From Octopus vulgaris (taxonomy: Eukaryota), in contig OX597820.1 of assembly GCA_951406725.2 (NCBI GenBank), positions 126,976,001 to 127,040,000 of the forward strand: a stretch of 64,000 nt of DNA, written 5' to 3'. The notes below the pieces were generated by a model, which was given only the letters and a program-made list of their open reading frames with translations, made no database searches and had not been told where the DNA came from. The first letter of the stretch is position 1, and every line of letters starts with the position of its first letter. The position numbers and the translations under genes were made by a program. Positions 1 to 12,311 of this stretch are shown here, piece by piece.

Positions 1-339
1 ATAACACAGACCGCTGTAGAATCGCTGTTTGGACGTAGAATTACTTGTACTTGTGACGGCGTTCACCCAGGGCGGGTTGAGCCGGCTCCTTCTCTCATAG
101 AAGAAGTTTCGTGGGAATATTGAATTCACAAACGGTCCCCAACATCCCGCATGCATATCCCGAGTGATGGGACGCCCTGTTTGCCGCGGAGTCTTCACAG
201 ACGCAGGGACAGAACGACCTCGAAGCCGCAGGTTGCCGATCAGACGCCTCTTGAATGACATCTAGGGATGTAACGTCTGGTTTTACACGTCGATATTTCT
301 GTGTATCGGTAGTGGGTCTTCTGAAGTTACAAAATGGCT

Positions 340-2160
340 GTTGCAGCGAGAGCTGTTTAGTTTTGTGATTTTAACTGTAACTTGTGTTCTTGGAAGCCAT
401 GTTATTCGGGTAAGAATCGCTGACACTGATTTTATTGGTGTTGATTTTTTTTTTTTCATGTATTGGTCAGAAATGTCTTACAGGGGACAGAAAGCTGCTG
501 AGTATATTAATGGCTACATTCAAATTGCAAAGTAGATTGGACCAAGTTAGCTTCTTTTTCCTCGTTCTTCTATGGTGTAGACTTTACGTTGTACACTCAC
601 TTCTCGTGGAAACCGCTTCTAACCAGTGCAATTGTTATAGAAAGAGCTGGCCTTGATAAAGATATGTCCGTCTGAGAATATATCAGACACTCCTATAGCA
701 TTCATTATTAACCTGGTACCTAGATCGCTAATTATGATAAATTCTCCCCCAACGCTGAAGAAATTTAGAGATTGATGGGTAAAGATATTATTCCAGCTGC
801 AAGATGCCCAACAATGCTCGCGGTGTGTTTCGTATCTTTGAAGCATGTGGTGGTGTCATCCGGATTTCTAGTGTTAGGCTTAAGATATTAGCAATTGTTG
901 AGTTGATGCTAATAATTACGTTTAAATGAATCTCTTTGAAAACTTCTGTTGCATCCTTTCTAAATCTATCTACGATGTGGCCATTCATATTGTACGAGAT
1001 TACTAAGCCATCATCTCTATTCAGTCCGAAATTTATTAGGAGTGATTCAACGTGTTGACAATGAACAATCTTACGAAGTTGGTCACCTCAGCTCCATTAC
1101 AATCTCTAAGGAGACATTGAACAAAATATCGTCCCCCACAAACATTGTAATATAACACATTCCTATAGCATTCATTATAATCCTGGTGTCTCGATCGGTA
1201 ATTGTGATTAATTCGCTCCCAATGTTTAGGGCTTTCAGTTGAAGAGATTTGGAGATTGATGGGTAAAGTTCACTAAATCAAATTCAGTGATTCCACCAGA
1301 TAATTCACCTTTTAATAACAGCAGCATTGCAGTTCCATTCATCTATTTAATGTTAATCGTATCGATAATACGCTTGCTGGCTATCTTCACTTCTCTTTTG
1401 GAGGAGTTAGTTAATCGATTTTTAGAGCTGCAAAGAAAACTGGATTTGCGATCTTTAAGAGTCTGTAAAGATTCCACAAGGTGAAGAGGTCCACGTAGTT
1501 TTTTGCTTTTGGATAGGATGCCTTCGCTTCTGTATTTAAGGCTTTTAAAGATGGTGGGGATCTTTTCGGTTTGAACGGCAGTTTTTTCTAGCGGTGTCAT
1601 ATGAAATTGTCACCCTTAATTATGACCCTAGTATCGATCTATTGCATTTCAATCTGTTTTAAAGTTAGGGTTAGGGGGAAGGGTTAGTTAGGGTTATTTA
1701 GAATTATTTAGGGTTAGGGTTAGTTAGGGTTAGGGGTGGGGGAAGGGGTTTTTTTTATTCAGAAATGTAAATAAACCCAATCTGTCTCTTAAACGAGGGA
1801 CATATTCATACAGCACAGAATGTTTTCACCTCAATAGACGTCATTGATTGGTTGAAATTGCAGAAATTGAAGAAAAAATACAACAAATATCTTACAAACT
1901 ATAGAATTTTCTCAATAAAGCCAAGAAAAAAAGATGTTTTATAAACACATTCTAGCAGTATACGAAGTTTAAAAGTGTTTAGTTACGTGGAAATTATTTT
2001 TAAAAAACTGCCGGTCAAACCGAAAAGATCCAATGGTGGTAGCGCTATTTTTTTTCAGTATGTTTTAGTAATATTTAAATGATTTGAAAGTATGTAGTGA
2101 TGATCGAAATTTCGAACCTGACCTCACCAACTTAATAAACAAAATTAAGATTACGAAACA
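340..2160 (-). mobile_element. Decayed Penelope-like element (RT region), interrupted by a MITE
   Basis: Minus-strand fragments match PLE RT motifs: TLKDRKSSF..RLTNSSKREV (TLKDHK..RLINP), FDLVNFYPSIS, NGAEV, FGLNRDDGLV (GLYRDDG), NITKTY. Many stops and frameshifts. Internal duplication 688-790 / 1157-1270. Confidence 0.8.
1558..2031. mobile_element. Non-autonomous TIR element (MITE family M1) with internal TTAGGG-like repeats
   Basis: About 29-bp TIR GGATCTTTTCGGTTTGAACGGCAGTTTTT. 8-bp TSD gatggtgg/aatggtgg. Four full copies in the window. Confidence 0.85.
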
Positions 2161-2292
2161 TAACTAACTCCTTCCAAACATCCGGAATAATTGAGTTTCT
2201 CCAACGTACTCATACTTGCAGACAAAACAAAGAGAGTATGCTAGCTGAACAACTGAACATACACACATAATACATACAAGAATCCGCCGTAT

Positions 2293-2329
<37 letters not shown>

Positions 2330-3003
2330 GAAATACATGCATACATACACACACACACACACTTCAAATACATTGATGCGCACAAATGTCTGCGCATCAG
2401 GTACTTAGTGTTACATGTTTTAATGTTGTTTTAGCTAATTCTTGGAGAGTCTAGCACTAGTAATCTGTGTTCTAACTGGTTCCAAAAGCTCTGGTATTTT
2501 TAGCCAGCATACAGGAAATTAATCTATTATCGGGATAATACCTTCATTTCCTCTGTTTCAGCAACAGAAATTATAATTCACTGTAATTTGGCCCGAAAAT
2601 TTGAATGAACTCCATAGGAAGCTGTACATAAAATGGCAAAGGGTTAAGTGGTTACGGTGTTGTCTTTGTCATGTGCCTGCTTCATAGGTTCGAATCCTAT
2701 CAACAGATTAGCGTTTTGTTGTTGTTTTAGCTAAAGCATGTTTATGCTATCGTTAGCGTTGTAAAAAAAATGTCATTCTACATAAAATGCAATGTCCGTG
2801 CTGAGTTCTGCGCGAATGTTTGTGAAGGCGAGCGCCAAGGGTATACGTGCATGTGATCGTGTGCATAACCTCCGATAACGCGGGACCTGCGGCAAGTTTT
2901 CGTGCGAATGAAAATTAGTAGAAAGAAATTGAGAAGAATTCGGTTTTGAGGTTATATGTGAGTGGGCATAAGTGTGTGTGTGTGTGTGTGTGTGCATAAA
3001 TGT

Positions 3004-3038
<35 letters not shown>

Positions 3039-3221
3039 AGTTTAATTTATTTTCAGAAGCACAAACACTGATAGAACAGCAGAGACAGAATAAAATAACC
3101 ATACAAAGTGAGAAAATATGTCAGTAACCATCCATGAGACTCGAACTCACATCCATTTGATTACCAGTTAAGTGGTTTACCAAGTTCCTCTAAGGCAAAC
3201 ATTGGTTTGTTTAAAGTTATC

Positions 3222-3224
<3 letters not shown>

Positions 3225-3308
<84 letters not shown>
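3225..3308. repeat. (TA)n microsatellite
   Basis: Pure TA tract directly abutting the palindrome. Confidence 0.95.
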
Positions 3309-3313
<5 letters not shown>

Positions 3314-3703
3314 ACGATAGCATTCTCTTTAAACGGGGTAGGATTTATAAAGTTAGAAATGCTCACAAGTTGTCATAGTGAATGTTTTGGAAATAGATGT
3401 TAAATACTGTTTCCAACTGAAGATAGCAAAGCATGTTTCTCAAGCACAGCACAAAACCAATTGGTATTGGGGTATGTATTACACTGACTTCAAATTCCAT
3501 CCTGAAGTTAGGCCGATTTTTTAGAGTATTACTTGTGTGTGTATTTATCATAGAATTGGTGATTTATTGAAGCTTTCGCATTCATTTTTAGCAAGCGGTA
3601 TCTTTACTCTTCTTTTCTTCAAATATCAAAATGTGACCGCGTGTGTACCGTTGGCGATTTTTTTCCCTCCGTCTTCCCTTCTTTGGATCTTTCCTTTTCC
3701 TAT

Positions 3704-3738
3704 GTTTCTGACGAAGTGCTCCGCTCGAAACGTAAAAC
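3704..3738 (+). ncRNA. Minimal type-I hammerhead ribozyme motif (one stem II mismatch)
   Basis: gttt CTGACGA A gtgc-tcc-gctc GAAA CG TA aaac. Confidence 0.65.
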
Positions 3739-3871
3739 TCTCCTTCTTCCCTTCCTTCCTGGAATATATATTTAATCCAAACATGAAAACACAAAGAGAA
3801 AACACAACAACGCGAGGACGTGGAACAAATATAGTATTATTGGACGCTCAGGAAGGAAGGGAAGAAGGAGA

Positions 3872-3906
3872 GTTTTACGTTTCGAGCGGAGCTCTTCGTC
3901 AGAAAC
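3872..3906 (-). ncRNA. Minimal type-I hammerhead ribozyme motif (intact)
   Basis: Minus strand: gttt CTGACGA A gagc-tcc-gctc GAAA CG TA aaac. Stem I gttt/aaac, palindromic ACGU stem III. Confidence 0.75.
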
Positions 3907-4370
3907 ATAGGAAAAGGAAAGATCCAAAGAAGGGAAGACGGAGGGAAAAAAATCGCCAACGGTACACACGCGGTCACATTTTGATATTTGAAGAAAAGAA
4001 GAGTAAAGATACCGCTTGCTAAAAATGAATGCGAAAGCTTCAATAAATCACCAATTCTATGATAAATACACACACAAGCAATACTCTAAAAAATCGGCCT
4101 AACTTCAGGATGGAATTTGAAGTCAGTGTAATACATACCCCAATACCAATTGGTTTTGTGCTGTGCTTGAGAAACATGCTTTGCTATCTTCAGTTGGAAA
4201 CAGTATTTAACATCTATTTCCAAAACATTCACTATGACAACTTGTGAGCATTTCTAACTTTATAAATCCTACCCCGTTTAAAGAGAATGCTATCGTCAAC
4301 AATAAAAAAGTAAATGTGAAGTATTATTGCTGCTATAAACAGTAATTATCTTTATATATATAAATCATGG

Positions 4371-4847
4371 ATTACATGGAAAAATGTGAGCATAGAAAGT
4401 ATATTCTTAAGATTATAAACATGGAATCATTACACCTGTAAAAGTATAGGACAAGCTATTACTTCAAGTAAAGTAAAGAATAAGACACTTTTTACTTAAA
4501 ATATTGCAGCTAAAATTAAAATTTAAATATTAAAACTTATCTTATTACAGTTTACAATTAACACTATGCTTATTTAAATAGAATCTGGCTAATTTACTAC
4601 CTTAAATACAGAAAAAATTGAATAATTAGATAAACTTATAAATTAGATGAACAGTTTTGTACAATAAATTTAAAAGATGAGAATTGTAAAGAGTGATAAA
4701 TTAGAAGAAGTGGCATTCTTTGCTGCAATATTTTAAGTAAAAAGTTTCCTATTCTTTACTTTACTAAAAGTAATAACTTGTCCTGTACTTTTCTAGCTTT
4801 ATAATCTTAAGAATATTACTTTTCATGCTCGCATTTTTCCATGTAAT
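4371..4847. mobile_element. Foldback MITE with about 140-bp imperfect TIRs
   Basis: attacatggaaaaatgtgagcat...aatattgcagc versus gctgcaatatt...atgctcgcatttttccatgtaat. Confidence 0.65.
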
Positions 4848-4956
4848 AAATATTCATACATACACATATACATACATATATATTATAAACGCATACATGT
4901 TCATATACGTACGCACACATATATGAAATATAATTGTATATATGTATATGTGTGTA

Positions 4957-5072
<116 letters not shown>

Positions 5073-5196
5073 TGTATGTATGTATAAATTTATATAAATA
5101 AGTATAAGATCGTTAATTTAAAATAAAATAACGATTTTATCAAGTGACCAGCAAGGAAAAAATAACCTTCAAAGGTAATAATTATTAAAATTATAA

Positions 5197-5459
5197 ATTA
5201 GGGTATCTACGAGATACCACCATGCTGAAAATAGCAGCCATGATCTGACTCTAAAACCGCCTTAATTGTCCATATCGCAAACACGGTGAGAAAACAGAGA
5301 GACAAGATGAAGCTAAATTACTGGATAATTCTAGATCCCGGATTTCTGACTTTGCGTTTAGGAATGCTTTGCCGTGTTTGCGATATGGACAATTAAGGTG
5401 GTTTTAGAGTCAGATCATGGCTGCTATTTTTATTATGGTGGTATCTCGTAGACACCCTA

Positions 5460-5461
<2 letters not shown>
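5197..5461. repeat. Inverted repeat (90-bp arms, 85-bp spacer) abutting (TA)n(TG)n
   Basis: 5197-5286 pairs with 5372-5461 with few mismatches. Confidence 0.9.
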
Positions 5462-5526
<65 letters not shown>

Positions 5527-5529
<3 letters not shown>

Positions 5530-6022
5530 AGCGTGGAGAGCTATGATTTGGAGCGGTGTTAAAGATTTGAGCTTGATTGAGAATGCTGTCAAGTATTCTC
5601 TGTCACGAGAATCCACACTGAAAAGTTCGTAAAAATCCGATTAATATCAATTGCGTTGTGAGTATTTCTCATTCTTTCCTTTGATATTCTTTATGCACAA
5701 AAGTATGCATTTCTTATACTGGTATGAGATCACACCAGCAGGCCAATGCAGGTAAGATATACGCAGGAACTATTGGAATTTCATTACGAATGACCAGTTT
5801 CTATGACATATTTGTCAAAAGAATCTGCAAGTCACATGGAAGATCGAAGTGGCACTTGAACATTCATAATAAACAATCGGAAAATGGAGTCAGTACTGAA
5901 ATGAGACATTGTCGCAGTATATGCGATCAGCTCTTCGAAAGCCTTTCGGGGCTCAAAAGTCATTTAAGGTCTCACGCTAGAAAGAGTAGTTAGAGGTACG
6001 AGAAGAGGTCAAGCTCTGCAAC
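5527..6022 (+). mobile_element. 3' end of an RTE-clade LINE with decayed C2H2-like fingers
   Basis: AWRAMIWSGVKD (RTE C-terminal DR..WR motif), then KVCISYTGMRSH, RICKSHGRSKWHLNIH and ICDQLFESLSGLKSHLRSH. Confidence 0.6.
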
Positions 6023-6229
6023 CATATATATATAAAACATCAAGTAGCAATTTTATTTCATTCAATTTGCCATCAAGGCATTACATAGAAGTAATAACTG
6101 CCGGCTGGACAATAACATTAATGAGATGAATGATTTTTAAAAATGGTATTAATGAAGGAAGGCAGAAGACGCCCGCCGATCTCTGCTTCTCTTTTACAAA
6201 ACATACAATTTGAGGTAATAAACCTCTTA

Positions 6230-6500
6230 CTAATATTCCATTGGACACAAGGTCCTTACATTGAGACAACTAAGCCTCTTACCAAAAAATGTCCTTACAA
6301 ATGAGGCCTCTTAAGTTTTCTCTTATGGGCCATATATCCTTTCACTATGAGCCACTCAGCCTCTTAATTTTTTACTATGTTCCGCCCCGCCGGCACCCGA
6401 CCAGGCCTAAAGTGTCACTTAAGCACTCCGATTGTGCCAGAACAGGGCGCCTTGATCGGAAGCGAAATACATCTTCTTGGAAGGAGTTTGTTACCTCGAA
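6230..6500 (+). mobile_element. Possible RTE-like LINE C-terminal fragment
   Basis: MRPLKFSLMGH..EPLSLLIFY..RRHPTRPK resembles the RRLRxxGH...RGRP motif. Confidence 0.35.
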
Positions 6501-6584
6501 AAGATCCGTGTCTGAGATGACCTCCACAGCCACCTGCGGAGGTCACCCAGGATCTTTAACACAAGTTTGTGTGTGTAAATATAT

Positions 6585-6815
6585 CGATAGATAGATAGAT
6601 AGAAAAATAGATAGATAGATAGATAAACATACACACATACATACATACATACATACATACATACATACATACGTACATACATACATACATACATACATAC
6701 ATACATACATACATACATACATACAAATATATGTATGTATATATTTACACATATATGTGTGTGTGTGTGTGTGTGTGTTTATGTATGTATGTATGTATGT
6801 ATGTATGTATGTATG

Positions 6816-6906
<91 letters not shown>
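6585..6906. repeat. Compound microsatellite (GATA/CATA/TG/TA)
   Basis: Direct inspection. Confidence 0.95.
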
Positions 6907-6908
<2 letters not shown>

Positions 6909-6919
6909 AGATTACTGTA

Positions 6920-8250
6920 TCCATACGATTTGTATGGTTGCCATAGCGATGATTGTATCATCGTTATCACACTCACTAGACTGCAACTCAATTCCTTCAA
7001 TTTGTTTTTGCTATCTCTTTCCACCGTGCATTAAAATTCCATCATACCGTATCTGATGCCACAGTTAGCTTTCTAGATATCTCTACCATTATCAATAACC
7101 ACCTCTCTACCTCCGTCCATCACCAGACCACTGACATCATCGCTTATCTCTATTATTCCTCCTCTCATCCTAGACACACCAAATCCCCAACCCCATTCCC
7201 TCAATTCCGCCCACTTTGCTGACGACATCACTGAGTCGGCAAATCTAAACATGAAAAAATGCGGTACTTCTTCAATGAAGAATGCACTCGATCGGTCGTG
7301 GACCTGCATTCCTCCATCGACCACACCGACGTTTTCCTACAATTTCCATCACATTTATTAGCCAGATGCTACTTTTTTTCACCTTCAAACTAGTAACCCA
7401 CTCATTAAAATATACCCTTCTATGTATCTATCAATTTCTATTCTCCTACCCCACTATCTTTCTAATCATTCCTGGATCTTTTCGGTTTGAACTGCAGTTT
7501 TTTTAATAATTTCTACGTAACTAAACACTTTTAAACTTCGTATACTGGTAGAATGTGTTTATAAAACATCTTTTTCTCTTGGCTTTACTGAGAAAATTCT
7601 ATAGTTTATAAGATATTTGTTGTTTTTCTTCAATTTCTGCAATTTCAATCAATCAATGATGTCTATTGAGGTAAAAAAACATTCTGTGCTGTATGAATAT
7701 GTCCCTCGTTTAAGAAACAGATTGGGTTTAATTACATTTGTGAAGAAAAAAATATACCCTTCCCACCACCCCTAACCCTAACTAACCCTAACTAATCCAC
7801 ACTAACTCTAACTAACCCTAACCCTAAAACAGATTGAAATGCAATAGATCGATACTAGGGTCATAATTATGTGTGACAATTTCATATGACACCGCTAGAA
7901 AAACTGCCGTTCAAACCGAAAAGATCCTCATTCCTTAATCACCAATTAGCTTCAAGAAGAGATAAGAATCTCTCGACCTTCTAGTTAGATAGTCTTTAGC
8001 TCCAAGCCATACCCAACCTGATACAGGTATTGCAGTATACGCAATACCTGTTCCTACATTAATAACACCACTATCATCATTGGTCCAGAATTTCAAATGT
8101 TTGTTCGTCTCTATCATATACTGTGTCGCAGTATAAGACTGCGTTGGTGACACAAGGCATCGCCTGGACAATCGTTCCTAACATTAAGTCTGTAGTGTCC
8201 TTCAAGGCGTTCTTGGTTTTGTTTTAGAACCCCACTTTAGTACATTTGGC
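6920..8250 (+). mobile_element. Decayed Penelope-like element (RT C-terminus, linker, GIY-YIG), interrupted by a MITE
   Basis: DDCII, FHRALKF..VSFLD, HLSTSVH..TD..YLYYSSSHPRHTKS, a linker resembling SFKRDKNL, NTCSYIN, and IIYCV..CVGDTRHRLDNR (GIY-YIG). Confidence 0.8.
7474..7927. mobile_element. MITE family M1
   Basis: Same TIR. Perfect 8-bp TSD tcattcct (7466-7473 / 7928-7935). Internal ccctaa repeats. Confidence 0.9.
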
Positions 8251-8592
8251 TACTCTGTTAACCACCGCTTGGTATCCAGCATTTCTGTTCTTCGTGAAGT
8301 TCCGCGATTTAGCAGAGACGTGCGTGGTTCGATGATATGAAAAGATATGCGAATAGCAAAAATAACAGCAGAAATCTGTCTTGGAGTTATTTTTAGCATA
8401 TCGAGTATAGTTTATACATGCATGTGAAGGAGAGATAAAAAGAGAGAAAGGGAAGGAAAGAGAGAGAGAGGGAGGAATGAGAGAGTGAAAGGAAAGGAAA
8501 GAAAGGAGAGAGAGAAAAGGGTTAGAGAACAGGAGAGAGAAAAGGGTTAGAGAACAGGAGAGAGAAAAAGGAAAGAAAAGTGAGAGAACAGA

Positions 8593-8629
<37 letters not shown>

Positions 8630-9150
8630 AGAAAGAGAGAGTGCGCTGTCGATAGATCATCGATGAAAATAGTCTTTGTTACAAATCGCCATTCTGCACA
8701 AAGAGAATTTTGAAAACTCAGATCTCTAAAAGGAACAGAAGTCTTACCGACGAGAAGTTTTTCTGGCAAACTTCGTCAACTTGTCAGAGATGAACCGAGA
8801 TGAGCTGGTTATTGGTGTGGAAGATCAAATATCAAAAACCTAGGAACGAACCTAGGAATTCAAATGATATCATTTGAATTCTTTCTCATTTTCCAAGAAA
8901 AAAAAAGATCCATCGTTCTGCAGCAAAAATCTAAAAGCAGGTGACAACTTTTAATGTAGGCGTGTCACATGACTTTTATTGATTGGCTGGAAAGTGTAGC
9001 AGTGGGTGTAGTCTTACGAAAGTTTGTTGGGGCAACGACAATAATAATAATGTTCATACCTGTGATGATCTTGACAGAAACGATGATGTTTATGGCGATT
9101 CTGTTTACATAGACGTACGCACGCACACACACACATGCACGCACACACAC

Positions 9151-9226
<76 letters not shown>

Positions 9227-10029
9227 GGTCCTGAAATCCATGCATATATATATACATTAGATATGCAGACATTTAACCATATTCAGCCGTGCAGAGGTAG
9301 CTTACAGCGGATCTTTTCCACGCGTGTGAAGTTGAAGATGTGATTGCAGCAAATAGGCACTTCACCATAACTGTAGATGATATTAAAGTTCATTGTAAAT
9401 ATTTCGTTAAATACAGCATGGAGGACAGTGGCTTTATGCATGAGAAAAGAAGAATGAATTTCAAACTGTTTCGTTTGTATAGGTGTCACCAGGAGATTGA
9501 TGACGCAAGTGACAACAAGATTCCAATAATATAAAACTTCGAGACACCGCAGCAGCAATATGGCAACAGTGAAAGAGAAGAAAGCGAAAATAAAGGAAGG
9601 AGATAAACTTTCCCATACGAAACTTCTCTGCAATGGTATAAATGAAAAGTGAAATATTTACCATGTGTCTGAAGCAGAAATTAGAAAATAATTAAGCAGA
9701 GTTAGCTCCAAGCAGCATGAGACAGATTACTGAAGGGAGACAGACAGACTGGAACTTTTAAATTGTCCCAAGATACTAAAACAATGAGAATAAGTAAGTT
9801 AATCACGGTGCCATAAGGGTAAACTTGCGTTACTTTCGAGATAGATTTGAAAAACAAGTCTTGAAATGGAGGCGTGGTGAGAATGAACTGAGGAATCTAT
9901 ATTAATAATTAATGAACGGTTTAACCCCCCCACTTTGTAAGAGATCATATAGCCGAATAAGTTTGAGCTATTTAGCATGTTAGTCGTGAACCATGAATTT
10001 GTCAGAAATACAAATGTCAGAAATATAGA

Positions 10030-11170
10030 GCATCGCATTTTCTCACTATCTATCATTTAGAAAGTGACTGCAATTCAACGTTCTAACAAGGAATGATTTT
10101 ACACGCATTCACCAAACGTTACAGAAATTGGGATGAAACATTATGTCTATGATCATCTCTTGATCTTCATGAAACGATTGACTTTTGATCGTGCACGGTA
10201 CAGTATGGTTCCCAACTTATCGAATTTACAGCCCACAGCCCATTTGTAATAACAACGTTTAAATAGCTAATGAACGACGTACAGTTTTATTTCTACATTT
10301 TTTCTATAAATAAGAGATCTTCTGCACAAATTGATAATGTTGTCTGATATAGTTTCAAATTCGGCTCCTCATGGAGGTGGTATTGTTCTATATTTGACAA
10401 AGTAAACATGCTAATGACATCGGATATCTGAGAAACGTCAACCTAACAGAACCTGTCCCTCTCCAAGTAATGCTTATAAAGGACATTCCTCAAGTGAGGA
10501 ATAGTAACTAAAGAAATACTCATTTATTCTGAAATGGCAGAATCGTTAGCGAGTCGCAAAATTATCTTGCGCTATTTCTTCCGGTTCCTTATGTTCTGAG
10601 TTCACATCCTGCCAGATCCAGCTTTGTTTCCATTCTTCCGTGGTCAATAGAATATGTTGCCAATCAATTACTGTAACTGACTCCCAGCAATTTGAGTATT
10701 TTCTAAATTGTTACACCTGACTTGGGATGTCCTTTATGAGTATTACTTGGAGATGGACGTGTTCTGTTAGGCGACATTTCTTAGATAAATGACACCGAAT
10801 GTCAGCCACATATTCATTCTATCAAAAAATAGAACAACGAAATCTTCTCGAGGAGCTGAATATGAAATTGGAAACACTCAAACAACATTATTGATTCCTT
10901 TATAGAACCTACAAATAGAAGTGTGTGTCATTCGTTAGCTACGTAAACTTAACTGTTATTACAAGTGGGGTGTAAATTCGATGCGTTGGAAGCCCTACCA
11001 TACCGAGCACGATCAAAAGTTTATCGTTTCGCAAACACCAAGGGATCACAGACTCAGTGTTTCACTCAAATTTCTAAAAACGTTTAGTGAACGGGTGCAA
11101 ATACCATTCCCAGTCGAAAAGTAGGTACCTTCTAAATTCTCAACAGTGAAAAATTTTGATCGGTAATCTC
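10030..11170. repeat. Diverged inverted pair of an unclassified ~450-bp repeat flanking a SINE head
   Basis: 10090-10522 aligns by eye to the reverse complement of 10693-11110 (e.g. cttttgatcgtgcacggta / taccgagcacgatcaaaag). Confidence 0.75.
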
Positions 11171-12215
11171 ATCTCTTTATCGACTGAGAATACATATTAA
11201 CTCCCGCCTCATAAATCTCAGACCCTGTGCCTATATTATAAACAATTATATCGAACTAGTGTCATTTAAGAAACTGTTCTTTGAATCTATTCTAGACAGT
11301 AGCACGATTTTGTCTTCTGGAATCACCAATAACTAATTATATGTAATTATCATGAAGGGAACGCTAGCGAACTTAATGTGGCAAAGCGCGATAACTTTCG
11401 TTAATCAAAATAGACGTATCAGTGTGAAATAACATTGTTGAACAATGATTAACTTAACTATAAATAAAGCAAGGCTAACAATTCAATTTTTTTTTTCATT
11501 TTGAAATAAAGTGACGCAACTAAATGTCAATTAATTAGAAACGAAACAATATAATGCAGTGAATGAATATAATCTGGTCTTCAGTATTTACGGTGACAAC
11601 AGCGGCTGTTTCGATGTTATTATATCTACTCAACGAATCATAGTTCTCCACAGGTCAGATCTTCTCAGTTTGACGCACTGGTTCCGATTTTATAGATTTT
11701 CTTTTTTTTACAAAGATGTAGATTTTCATGCAAAGTACAAAAATCACATCCATTCTTGGAAAAAATAATAAAAAAATATTACGAGCTTTTAGAGTTTGGA
11801 ACTTTTTAAATTTTAGCTAATCAGATTTATCAAATCTCAACATCCCATTCATCAGACGGTGTTTACTTATCTTCCCATAGTAACCGATAAAAACCCTTCT
11901 TGGAGTTAGGGTTAGGGTTGGTTTACAGGTTAGGGTCTCATTGCAAGCATTAATTTATTTTATTTCATTTTCTCTCATTAAATGTTTCGTAATTTGTTTT
12001 TATCAGTTTCTCGAGAAAGGGTAATGATTTTCCAGAATTGTTAGAGCATTTTATGAAATGCCTTTTGTGGGTGGTGGGCTTTTTACGGTCTGTGTTCAAA
12101 TCCTGAAGAGGTCAACTTTGACTTTCGTCCTTCCTTTTCTGGGATATATGGCATCGAAAAACCCCTCACTTCAAAAATTATTGCCTTGTGCATAAGTTAG
12201 AAGCAATTATATACA

Positions 12216-12311
12216 GCGAAGGTAAAGAATTCGCACACCCGGTGTTTAGGGTTAGGGTTTAGGTTTAGGGTTACGCCGAAAACGGATGGTGTGCGTATTC
12301 TTTACCTCCGC
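12216..12311. mobile_element. Tiny TIR element (family M2) enclosing TTAGGG repeats
   Basis: gcgaaggtaaagaattcgcacacc ... ggtgtgcgtattctttacctccgc. Related copy at 42192-42424. Confidence 0.65.

Larger units (their letters stand above)
3306..4304. repeat. Near-perfect inverted repeat (456-bp arms, 87-bp spacer), Penelope pseudo-LTR-like
   Basis: 3306-3761 is the reverse complement of 3849-4304 with two mismatches seen. The ORF track shows mirrored ORFs (3363..3551 - and 4059..4247 +). Confidence 0.95.

Noticed and set aside
1664-1740. TTAGGG runs as a true telomere
   Set aside because: Short, degenerate and enclosed within TIR elements.
2645-3195. Two tRNA-like stretches (ggttcgaatcc at about 2690, gagttcgagtctc at about 3140 on -)
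   Set aside because: No complete cloverleaf or acceptor stem; more likely decayed SINE heads than tRNA genes.
3363-4247. Mirrored ORFs up to 161 aa in the palindrome
   Set aside because: A consequence of the inverted repeat; no recognisable domain.
8680-9790. Possible Gypsy gag/integrase remnants (RDELVIGVED, KIKEGDK)
   Set aside because: Similarity too weak to support without a search; no LTRs seen.
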